Positions 55,771 through 64,000 of a DNA stretch of 64,000 bases are shown here, one piece after another. Under the pieces are notes generated by a model. It was not told the DNA's origin and made no database searches. It worked only from the letters and a program-made list of their open reading frames with translations. The stretch is from Myxococcota bacterium (GTDB taxonomy: Bacteria; Myxococcota_A; SURF-8). A program made the translations under genes and the position numbers. Location: assembly GCA_965140415.1 (NCBI GenBank), contig OZ223209.1, positions 800,001 through 864,000 on the forward strand, given 5' to 3'. Each line of letters opens with the position of its first letter. Positions within the stretch are counted from its first letter, which is position 1.

Positions 55771-57258
55771 TTAGCTGGTCTGCTTTTTTTTCAGAACCGA
55801 AAGAAAGGTGCTTAAATCGTCACGTTTAAGCTCCCGGAAGACCAGTAGGGAGGCTCCGAACAACCCGGTCATGCCGATTCCTTTTATGATGATCAACAGC
55901 TTGGACTCCGGCTGCCAGGCCCATCCGGCGGCAAAGAGCAGCGCGCTGATGACGAGCAGACGCAGCAAGGTGGCCAGCGGAAAGCGTGCGTGGAAACGAT
56001 GTTTCAAATAGGCAACGGCTACGACCGCGCCTAAAGCCATTGCCGCCGCTGTCGCTGCCGCCGCGCCGTTAATGCCGTAAAGCGGAATCGCCAAGGCGTT
56101 GAATCCCGCGCTTAGCGCCAGAGTAACCGCACAGATAATCACACTGACCCAGGGACGACCCGAACCGGAGATCATGGTCGAAAAGATCATGATAAAGGAA
56201 TAGGCCAGATACGCCAGCGGCAACAGTGTCAGTACCGGCCAGCCCTGATGGAAGATCGGCGAAAAGATCAGGCGCAGCACGTCTAATGCGCAGGCGGAAA
56301 GCGTGACCGCCAATAGCGAGACCAGAATCAGGCTGTAGCGCGTGGTGGTATAGATGTAGCTGCGGGTGCGTTCCAGATCTTCCGCATAGCTGGAGGCGCT
56401 GATCAGCGGGAAAATCACGAAGGTGACGGAAATGATCGCGATGTAGGGTAGCCGCGCCATTTGCAGGGCGACGGAATAAATGCCGACCTGGGTGTCGTCC
56501 GGTCCCAGGGCTTTGACCAGGTACAAATCGAAGTTCATTAACAGGTTGCTGAATAACGCGAACAGGATGATCCAGATTTCAAAGCGCAGAATGTCTTTCC
56601 AATTGATCTCGTTGGAACGCGGGCCGCTGCCGACGAACAACGCCGCCACGACCAGCATGATGACCGACGTGGTTGCAAAGCCACCGACGGCTCCCATCAC
56701 GCCGAAGCCCAAGTAGGCCAGTAACAGAATCAACCCGACCTTCAGGGTTGCGAATATGGTATCCATTGCGGCCTGATGAAAGAACATCTTGCGGCCATTG
56801 AAGCAGCCGATCAGAGCGGCATAGATCGCGTAGGCGAAAATGATGATCGAAGCCACGCGCAAGTAAGGACTGAGCGAGGCGTCGTTGAGCAGGTGCTCGG
56901 CGACCAGGGGCGCGAGCAGAAAAAAGAGAGCCGCACTGATACCGCCGAAGACGGTTTGCAATAAAAGCGCCTGGCGTTTGACGGTGCCGAAACGGCTTTC
57001 ATCTTCGGAAATGAATTTACTGACTGCCTGGATGGTGCCGGTGATCATCATCATGGTGATCGGGTTCAATACGCTGATGACCACCGTGAAGGTGCCGTAG
57101 AGCTTGGCGCGTTCTTCATCGCCGGTGGCGATGAGCTTGGGCAGCAGGGTAATCAGCGCGACGCCGGTCAGCATGAAATAGACCTTTGCGCCGGTGATCC
57201 ACAAAAATCCCCGTCCGGCCTGCTTGGCCTGCGTTTGAGATGTATCGGATTGACTCAT
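55771..57258 (-). CDS. Wzx/MurJ-like (MOP superfamily) flippase
   Basis: About 14 TM segments, QVGIYSVA, IPLYGINGAAAAT. Confidence 0.85.
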   Translation of the reverse strand: MSQSDTSQTQAKQAGRGFLWITGAKVYFMLTGVALITLLPKLIATGDEERAKLYGTFTVVISVLNPITMMMITGTIQAVSKFISEDESRFGTVKRQALLLQTVFGGISAALFFLLAPLVAEHLLNDASLSPYLRVASIIIFAYAIYAALIGCFNGRKMFFHQAAMDTIFATLKVGLILLLAYLGFGVMGAVGGFATTSVIMLVVAALFVGSGPRSNEINWKDILRFEIWIILFALFSNLLMNFDLYLVKALGPDDTQVGIYSVALQMARLPYIAIISVTFVIFPLISASSYAEDLERTRSYIYTTTRYSLILVSLLAVTLSACALDVLRLIFSPIFHQGWPVLTLLPLAYLAYSFIMIFSTMISGSGRPWVSVIICAVTLALSAGFNALAIPLYGINGAAAATAAAMALGAVVAVAYLKHRFHARFPLATLLRLLVISALLFAAGWAWQPESKLLIIIKGIGMTGLFGASLLVFRELKRDDLSTFLSVLKKKQTS

Positions 57259-57279
57259 GCCGTTTTCCTTGCCGATTCC

Positions 57280-59526
57280 CTACTGAATCTCGGTTGTGCC
57301 CAGAACGATGCGGTTCTCTGCATCCAGGGGAACGTTCCCGCTGACTTTGGCGCGGTAGTTGCCCTGATACAGGCCGACGTAAAAGCCCAGTTCTCCGGCG
57401 GTGGTATCGGGTGGAACGTCGAGCATGTACACATCTTTGATGTACTCGCCCTCCTTCCAGCGGGTAGTCGGGTAGCGGCTCTCCACCGGCACGTGATCGC
57501 CGCGCAATCGGAAGAGATTGTCCCGCTCGGCATGAACGAAAATCTTGTAGTCGCGCGTGGGGCGCTTGAGAACTTTGAAATAGAGCGTGATTTCCACTTC
57601 GGTTCCCGGCTTGAGTTTCTTCGGGATAGGCTTGTATCCGACCAACTCGATGTCGTTGTCGATCATGGCGTTGACCGCCTGCTCGGGTTTGAAGGGTTCT
57701 TTACGAACGAACGTTTTCAGCCGTTGCTTGATCTGCTCGTTGCTCAGTCGCTTGGAGCGCCCCTGGTTGTCCTGGTTGGAGATCAGCCAGAACTCCGGGC
57801 GATAGGGCTGGCCGGGAACGGCGTCGTCGGCAATTTTGACGAGTTGCTCGCCGCCGGACACTTCCTGCCACAAGGTGTTGATGCGGCTGAAGTGTTTCTG
57901 CTTCTGCTCGATGATGATGAATACCCGCTTGCCCTTGTATTGCTGGTAGAAACGCTTCACGCTTTGTAGGCTGTTCTGCATGCGGTAATAGCGGTAGTTG
58001 TACTTTTCCTTCAGTTCGTCGAAGGGGATGTAATACTTGATGCTGCGCGATTTCCAGGTCTGGGTGAATTCGCCGATCGGTTCTTCCGGTCCCGTACGCA
58101 GCGCCAGATAGGTGCGCATCATCGAGCGGGCCGAGAACATTTCGGTCAAGGTCGGGATCATCTTCATGTTGATGTAGAACGAGTAGGCCACCGCCAGAAC
58201 GATCAACCCGGCCATGATGTAGCGATTGAAGCGCCGCCAGATCATGGCGATGCCCAAGACGACGCCCCACAGGATAAAGATCACCGAGAAGAAAACACTC
58301 GGATCGGCTACCGCCGGGTGCCAGTCTTGCAGGCGCTCGGTGGTGATGAAGTAGAAGATGGTGCGATAGTTCTTTTGATCGAGCAGATCCGGTGCGACGA
58401 TCACCAGCACCAGCAGGGCAAGGAACAGTGTCATGCGATTGATCAAGCCCAGGCGATCGTCCGTAAAGAGCTTATCCAGATAAATGGCCAGCATGGCCGC
58501 GACCATCGGCACCACCGGGAAGATGTAATGCGGGAACTTGGTACTGATGGCGGAGAAGAAGGTAAAAGAAACCAGAAAACCGGTTAAGAAGAACAGTTCG
58601 GTTCGCTTGCTGTCCGCTTCGCGCTTACCCCAGGGAATCAGCGAAATCAGGGTTTGCGGCAGGAAGGTGATCCAGGGCAGGATGCCGATGGAGAAATAGA
58701 GCACGAACATTTCGAAGGTGTCGTCGGGCTTGTCGAGCTTGCCCATGGCGCGTTCGAAATGATGGTCCCAGAAGAACTTGGTGACGTAGGGCATGCCGTA
58801 CTTGGATGTCATGTAAAAATACCAGGGCGCGGCGACGATCAGGTAAATCAGCGCGCCGCGATGCAGGCGCATGCGCTTTAATAGCCCCCAGTCCATGGAG
58901 ATCAGGCAGTAGAAGAAAATGTTACCGCCCACCAGAATCAACGGAGTCAGCCCTTTGGCTAGCGAAGACAGACCCATGAAAACATAGAAGAGGGTGTACC
59001 AGAGCGAGCGCCCCTCTTTTTCACCGAGTAGTAAAAATCCGATTGCGACCCACATGAAGCCGACGAAAGGCAGATCCACCATGTAGGCGCGTGAAATCAG
59101 AAAATAGGTTGGTGAGGTAATCAGCAACAAGCCGGTGAGCAGGCCCACCCGCCGCGTGTATAGTCGCGACATGAAGAAAACGGTCAGTAGAATGACCAAC
59201 AAGCTGGTGAGCGCAATCGGGAAGCGGATGCTCCACTCGCTGTCGCCGAACAGTTTGACGAAGGGATAGGACATCCAGAAAATCATGATCGGTTTGGACC
59301 AGAACGTGCCGGGAGCCGCGCCTTCATCCGAACCGACTTTGCTGGTCGGGGTGATCGAGTTGCCGTCGTCCATGACCATCTCGCGCACGACCTGACCGTA
59401 ATTCGGCTCCCATTGCATTTGCAGGGGGTAGGTTCCCAGCCGGGTGAAGAGAATCACCACGGTAAGAATCAACAACGCCCAGATGGCGTACCGTTCGAAT
59501 GTTGAATTTTGGTCGTTCAAGTCCAT
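57280..59526 (-). CDS. ArnT/GT39-family membrane glycosyltransferase with a C-terminal extracytoplasmic beta domain
   Basis: WEPNYGQVVREM, SKP, RFP, LAKG, APWY, TKFPHYIFP; C-terminal IELVGY...YKIFVH...W..GE...GLY. Confidence 0.88.
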   Translation of the reverse strand: MDLNDQNSTFERYAIWALLILTVVILFTRLGTYPLQMQWEPNYGQVVREMVMDDGNSITPTSKVGSDEGAAPGTFWSKPIMIFWMSYPFVKLFGDSEWSIRFPIALTSLLVILLTVFFMSRLYTRRVGLLTGLLLITSPTYFLISRAYMVDLPFVGFMWVAIGFLLLGEKEGRSLWYTLFYVFMGLSSLAKGLTPLILVGGNIFFYCLISMDWGLLKRMRLHRGALIYLIVAAPWYFYMTSKYGMPYVTKFFWDHHFERAMGKLDKPDDTFEMFVLYFSIGILPWITFLPQTLISLIPWGKREADSKRTELFFLTGFLVSFTFFSAISTKFPHYIFPVVPMVAAMLAIYLDKLFTDDRLGLINRMTLFLALLVLVIVAPDLLDQKNYRTIFYFITTERLQDWHPAVADPSVFFSVIFILWGVVLGIAMIWRRFNRYIMAGLIVLAVAYSFYINMKMIPTLTEMFSARSMMRTYLALRTGPEEPIGEFTQTWKSRSIKYYIPFDELKEKYNYRYYRMQNSLQSVKRFYQQYKGKRVFIIIEQKQKHFSRINTLWQEVSGGEQLVKIADDAVPGQPYRPEFWLISNQDNQGRSKRLSNEQIKQRLKTFVRKEPFKPEQAVNAMIDNDIELVGYKPIPKKLKPGTEVEITLYFKVLKRPTRDYKIFVHAERDNLFRLRGDHVPVESRYPTTRWKEGEYIKDVYMLDVPPDTTAGELGFYVGLYQGNYRAKVSGNVPLDAENRIVLGTTEIQ

Positions 59527-59783
59527 ACCTCCTGCAACTGAAGGACGATCCGGCGAGTCTCAGATCGAAGAATCGCGGCAGCTTAGCATATCGACTATTA
59601 TGCGTCAAATTTGTTAGCAACCAAATGTGAGGAGTGAAAAGAGGAAATTCAACAAGCCACTTGCTGCATTTTCGAGACTTTTTCCCATGTACGGATTGCC
59701 GCCGAAGAGATGCGTGATGCCGCTTGCCTGTGAATGTCGGACATGCTACATCCTGGATAGGAGCACAGATCGGAGAGGCATGG

Positions 59784-61130
59784 ATGAATCCGCAGTTCAA
59801 AGAAGCCGGTGGCATCGTTCGCAGCTTGCAGCAGGCGGGGCAGCGTGCCTATTTCGCGGGTGGAGCGGTGCGGGATCATCTGCTCAAGCGTTCACCGAAA
59901 GATATCGACATCGCGACCGACGCCGACCCGGAGCGCATTTTAGAACTGTTTCCACAGGCCAAGTCGGTCGGTCGCGCGTTCGGGGTGCTTCTGCTTAAAG
60001 GCGAATACGGCAACTATGAAATCGCGAGCTTCCGCACTGACGGTCCATACAGCGACGGACGTCATCCCGATTGGGTACGGCTGGGAAACGCCGAGCAGGA
60101 TGCTCACAGGCGCGATTTCACCGTGAATGGAATGTTCTACGATCCGGTGAGCGGGGAGGTCATCGATTACGTCGGTGGGCGGGAGGATCTGCATCGGAAA
60201 CGCCTGCGCTGCATCGGAGATCCCAACCAACGCTTTAGCGAAGATTTTCTGCGCCTGTTCCGCATGGTGCGTTTTGCCACGCGCTTGGATTTCGAGATTG
60301 ATTCAGCCACCTGGCAGGCTGCTTGCGATCTGGCTCCGAAGGCTTTCCGGCTCGCGCCGGAGCGGGTCTTGTCCGAACTGACGGCGATTCTAAAGGGTCC
60401 GCAGGCGGATCGGGGCTTGCACCTGTTGACGGACTCGGGCTTATTGCAAGACTGGTTACCGGAAGTCGCTGCGCTTGAGGGTGTGGAGCAGCCGTCGGCC
60501 TACCACCCGGAAGGCGATGTGCTGACCCATACGGCGCTGTGCCTCGCTGCGCTTGACGCGCCATCCGATTGCCTGGCCTGGGGAGCGTTGCTGCACGATA
60601 TCGGTAAACCGAAAGTGCTGGCGTACAAGAACGGAATACCCGTCACGCCTCGTCACGCTCACGTAGGAAGGGAAATGGTAGAGAATGTCGCTCGGCGTTT
60701 GCGATTTTCCAACCAGTTGAAAGATTGCGTTTGTGAATTGGTCGGCCAGCACATGCGCTTTGTGGAGTTTCCCAACATGCGCCCGGCGACTCGTCTTCGG
60801 TTTCTGGCTCAGGATCGATTCGAAGACATGCTTTTGTTGCATCGCGCCGACTGTATGGCCAGTCATGGTGATCTGAGTATCTATCAAAGCGTCGAAGAAG
60901 AGCTTGGGGAATTGTCTCGGAAAGTGCAGCTTCCGCCTGCGCTGATCGATGGTCATGACCTTCTGAAACTGGGATATCGGCCCGGTCCCGAACTGGGTGC
61001 GATGCTGGCCGACGTCCGGGAGAGGCAGTTGAACGGGGAGTTGTCGAATCGCGCCGAGGCGCTGAAATTCGTACTGCAACAAGCGAATACGTGTACAAAT
61101 CCAGGTAAAAAAGAAAGTTTGAAAGAGTAG
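59784..61130 (+). CDS. cca: CCA tRNA nucleotidyltransferase with an HD domain
   Basis: GGAVRD, DID, loop RTDG.YSDGRHP, RRDFTVN, EDFLR, HPEGDV..H, LLHDIGK. Confidence 0.9.
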   Translation: MNPQFKEAGGIVRSLQQAGQRAYFAGGAVRDHLLKRSPKDIDIATDADPERILELFPQAKSVGRAFGVLLLKGEYGNYEIASFRTDGPYSDGRHPDWVRLGNAEQDAHRRDFTVNGMFYDPVSGEVIDYVGGREDLHRKRLRCIGDPNQRFSEDFLRLFRMVRFATRLDFEIDSATWQAACDLAPKAFRLAPERVLSELTAILKGPQADRGLHLLTDSGLLQDWLPEVAALEGVEQPSAYHPEGDVLTHTALCLAALDAPSDCLAWGALLHDIGKPKVLAYKNGIPVTPRHAHVGREMVENVARRLRFSNQLKDCVCELVGQHMRFVEFPNMRPATRLRFLAQDRFEDMLLLHRADCMASHGDLSIYQSVEEELGELSRKVQLPPALIDGHDLLKLGYRPGPELGAMLADVRERQLNGELSNRAEALKFVLQQANTCTNPGKKESLKE

Positions 61131-61200
61131 GATAATACGCCGGGAGCGATCTTGGAAATTCGGGTTTTTGGAAACATTGACGAAAACGCTTATGGAAAAC

Positions 61201-61230
61201 TTGACAAGTGTCGGGATTTTGTGGTACGCC
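61201..61230 (+). promoter_or_regulatory. Candidate sigma-70 promoter of atpF'FHA
   Basis: TTGACA-N18-TACGCC with an extended TG; weak -10. Confidence 0.35.
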
Positions 61231-61296
61231 AACCAAGGTCACGTCCGAAGCACTGATTCGATGCTTTTGACCCGCAAATAAAAATTAGAGGATGCA

Positions 61297-61734
61297 ATGG
61301 CTGGGATCGACTTGCTCAATATTGACGCCTCCGTAATTTACCAGTTCACGATCTATCTGCTCACGCTGATCATCCTTAGCCGCTGGTTGATTCGCCCTGT
61401 TACCGCCACTTTGGCTCTTCGCCGAGAGCGTCTTGCTCCGGCTGACGTGCGTAGTGGTCTGGAAGACTCGGTGAAAGAGAAGGAAGAGGAGTATGCACGG
61501 GTGCTACAGGATGTTCGTGGCACCCAGTCCCGGCTACGGCAGGAAGAGCGTGTGGAGGCCAAGGCCGACGAAAGGTCGGTAATCGAAAAGGCGCAAGGTT
61601 TGGCCGCCGAAAAATTACAGGCGGGCCGCCAGCACATACAAGAAACGATTCAAGCTGCGGAAAAGGAAGTTGAACAAGACATTCCAAAGCTTGCCAAGGC
61701 ACTTGCTCGCACAATCCTAGGCCGGGAGCTATAG
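61297..61734 (+). CDS. ATP synthase F0 subunit b'
   Basis: N-terminal TM segment, RP...L..R, charged coiled coil, ILGREL end. Confidence 0.88.
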   Translation: MAGIDLLNIDASVIYQFTIYLLTLIILSRWLIRPVTATLALRRERLAPADVRSGLEDSVKEKEEEYARVLQDVRGTQSRLRQEERVEAKADERSVIEKAQGLAAEKLQAGRQHIQETIQAAEKEVEQDIPKLAKALARTILGREL

Positions 61735-62334
61735 ATGCGTGACTGCACATTCGTCTCTACCGTAATCACCGGACTTCTTTGGGTGTTGCCGATCGGTTTA
61801 GCCTGCGCTTCAGAAGCGGCAGGACATGGTGACGCTCACGGTCATGGTGCCAGTCTCGGCTTCATTTTAAGCCTGTTCTTCAACTTCATCGCGTTCGTAC
61901 TCTTACTCTTTTTCCTACTGAAAAAGCCGGTTTCCGGTTTCTTCGCCACCCGCTCGAAAGAGGTGGAAGATCAGTTGGCTGCCGCCGATCGCCGTCGGGC
62001 CGAAGCGGAAGCGAAGATCAAGGAATATGGGAGCAAAATCGACGAGTTGATGGCGACTCGCGACGAAGTGCTGCAAAAAGCCAAAAAAGAGGCGGCTTAC
62101 GAGCGGGAATGTCTGCTCGATCAGGCTCGCCGTCAGGCAGAATCCATCGTCGAAGATGCCCAGCGCTCGATTGACGTGGAGTTAGGCAAAGCTGAAAAAC
62201 GCTTCCGGACCGAGGCCATCAAGACTATCGCGGAGGAAGCGGAGCGCCTGTTGAAGACCTCTTTAAACGAGGAAGATACGGTTCGCATGGCGGATGACTA
62301 CATTGAAATGCTGCGGGAGGTGAAGCGCGCATGA
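61735..62334 (+). CDS. atpF: ATP synthase F0 subunit b
   Basis: Signal-like leader with a His-rich segment, FNFIAF...KKPVSGFF..R, coiled coil. Confidence 0.9.
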   Translation: MRDCTFVSTVITGLLWVLPIGLACASEAAGHGDAHGHGASLGFILSLFFNFIAFVLLLFFLLKKPVSGFFATRSKEVEDQLAAADRRRAEAEAKIKEYGSKIDELMATRDEVLQKAKKEAAYERECLLDQARRQAESIVEDAQRSIDVELGKAEKRFRTEAIKTIAEEAERLLKTSLNEEDTVRMADDYIEMLREVKRA

Positions 62335-62873
62335 AACGATCCGCACTGGCAAAACGATATGCCCGCGCTTTTGTCGACTTCGCCGGTTCCAATAGTGATG
62401 CCGGTAAGTTAGCCGACGAATTGTCCCTGTTCCAGCAAGCCGTGGATACCTGTGATGACCTAAAAAGCGTAATGCACAACCCGAGATTTGCGGCCCAGCG
62501 CGATGCCGTGCTTGAGTCTGTAATTGCGGAATTGAAATTGAGCCGCCCCTGCCAGCAGGTGTTGGCCTTGCTTGTTCAACGAGATCGGTTACGCTATGTC
62601 GGCGATATTGCTGAAGCAATCCGCCAGCAAGTGGAAGAAAAAACCGGGCGGGTGCGTGCGACGGTGGTTTCGGTCAAGCCGTTACCCGAGGATCGCTACC
62701 AGCGCATCCGAGCGGCTGTTGAACGTATCACCGGCAAAATGGTGGTTTTAGAAAAGCTGACCGATCCCAATCTGATAGGCGGGATCGTTACGCACATCGG
62801 ATCGACCGTGTACGACGGGAGTGTACGGTCGCAGTTGAATCGTTTCAGATCCTCTATCGGCAAGGAGAGTTGA
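62331..62873 (+). CDS. atpH: ATP synthase F1 delta subunit
   Basis: [23 protein letters not shown]. Confidence 0.95.
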   Translation: MKRSALAKRYARAFVDFAGSNSDAGKLADELSLFQQAVDTCDDLKSVMHNPRFAAQRDAVLESVIAELKLSRPCQQVLALLVQRDRLRYVGDIAEAIRQQVEEKTGRVRATVVSVKPLPEDRYQRIRAAVERITGKMVVLEKLTDPNLIGGIVTHIGSTVYDGSVRSQLNRFRSSIGKES

Positions 62874-62874
62874 G

Positions 62875-64000
62875 TTGGAGATCAGACCAGCAGACATCAG
62901 CAGGATCATCCGGCAACAGATCGGCGATTTCGAAAGCCGTCTGGACGTTGCCGAAACAGGTTCCGTTCTCACCGTTGGTGACGGTATCGCCCGTGTCTAC
63001 GGACTCGAAGACGCGATGGCCGGGGAGCTGTTGGAGTTCCCGAACCAACTGTTCGGAATGGTGCTAAACCTGGAAGAGGACAACGTGGGTGTAGCGCTGT
63101 TCGGTGAAGACCGGCACGTTCGCGAAGGCGATACGGTCAAACGTACCGGCAAGATCGCTTCCGTTCCAGCAGGCGAAGCCGTGCTGGGCCGCGTTATGAA
63201 CGCTTTGGGGCAGCCCATCGATGGATTGGGTCCGATCGAGACGACCGAGACTCGACGTATCGAGCTGAAAGCGCCGGGAATCGTTGCTCGTCAATCGGTT
63301 AAGGAGCCGCTCCAGACCGGTTTGAAGGCGATCGATTCCATGATTCCGATTGGTCGCGGCCAGCGTGAGTTGATCATCGGTGACCGCCAGACGGGTAAAA
63401 CCGCCATCGCCATCGATACGATCATCAACCAGAAAAAAACGCATGAGACCGATTCTCCGGTCTATTGCATTTACGTTGCGATTGGACAGAAGCAGTCCAC
63501 CGTGGCCATGGTGGTGGATCGCCTGAAGAAGTCCGGAGCGATGGAATACACCACCGTCGTAACCGCAGGCGCCAGCGAAATGGCCCCGTTGCAGTTCATC
63601 GCACCCTATACGGGCTGCTCCATGGGCGAATGGTTCCGCGACAATGGCCGCCATGTCGTGATCATTTACGACGATCTGTCCAAACAGGCCGTCGCCTATC
63701 GTCAGCTCAGCTTGCTACTGCGCCGTCCGCCGGGCCGCGAAGCCTATCCGGGCGACGTCTTCTACCTGCATTCCCGCTTGCTTGAGCGTGCCGCGAAGAT
63801 GGCGGAGCATTACGTCATCGTTAAAAAGGACGCCGAGCCCACCGTGGAAAATGCTTTGGGCGGCAAGGTGTACTCCAACGTGCTGCTGCACATCGAAGGT
63901 AAAAAGAAACTGGCCGAGCATCCGGACAAGGACAGCCTGGCTTGGAAGAAACTGCCTGGCACCGGTGGTTCGCTGACGGCACTGCCGATCATCGAAACGC
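62875..64000 (+). CDS. atpA: ATP synthase F1 alpha subunit (3'-truncated by the window)
   Basis: Translated by hand from TTG 62875: [63 protein letters not shown]. Confidence 0.97.
   Translation, partial: MEIRPADISRIIRQQIGDFESRLDVAETGSVLTVGDGIARVYGLEDAMAGELLEFPNQLFGMVLNLEEDNVGVALFGEDRHVREGDTVKRTGKIASVPAGEAVLGRVMNALGQPIDGLGPIETTETRRIELKAPGIVARQSVKEPLQTGLKAIDSMIPIGRGQRELIIGDRQTGKTAIAIDTIINQKKTHETDSPVYCIYVAIGQKQSTVAMVVDRLKKSGAMEYTTVVTAGASEMAPLQFIAPYTGCSMGEWFRDNGRHVVIIYDDLSKQAVAYRQLSLLLRRPPGREAYPGDVFYLHSRLLERAAKMAEHYVIVKKDAEPTVENALGGKVYSNVLLHIEGKKKLAEHPDKDSLAWKKLPGTGGSLTALPIIET

Noticed and set aside
62870-63992. Short ORFs listed over the window end
   Set aside because: The real gene is atpA from 62875, missing from the track because it has no stop within the window

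Overview
A 64-kb chromosomal window, roughly 55% GC by eye, from a bacterium with Myxococcota/deltaproteobacterial hallmarks: MYXO-CTERM proteins, an FHA-GAF-sigma54 activator beside a PEGA Ser/Thr kinase, an MJ0042-type zinc finger, and a split ATP synthase operon with a signal-peptide-bearing c subunit. From left to right it holds: a 5'-truncated hypothetical gene; a lysine-fermentation cluster (kdd-kamA-kamB-kamC-kamD-kamE); a three-gene UDP-6-deoxy-L-HexNAc pathway; a glycosyltransferase; two CrtI-family genes; a kinase/TPR/FHA-EBP/lipoprotein cluster; a TldD-like peptidase; a diguanylate cyclase; a coupled XPB helicase operon; a stand-alone MshEN protein; mlaEFD; a ~1670-aa secreted protein with an internal sorting signal; Rrf2; DUF1848; atpZBE; a flippase; a GT39 enzyme; a CCA-adding enzyme; and atpF'FH plus a truncated atpA. 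The best candidates for new biology are three. (1) The XPB operon's two partners look, by eye, like p8/Tfb5 and p52/Tfb2 (the latter with a WYL-like tail), suggesting a bacterial TFIIH-core-like module. (2) The giant BPI/LBP-like protein looks like two surface proteins joined by a MYXO-CTERM plus a second lipobox. (3) The intergenic DNA carries several nested MITE and REP families. No tRNA, rRNA, CRISPR array or transposase was recognised. All family calls come from motif recognition; no searches were run.
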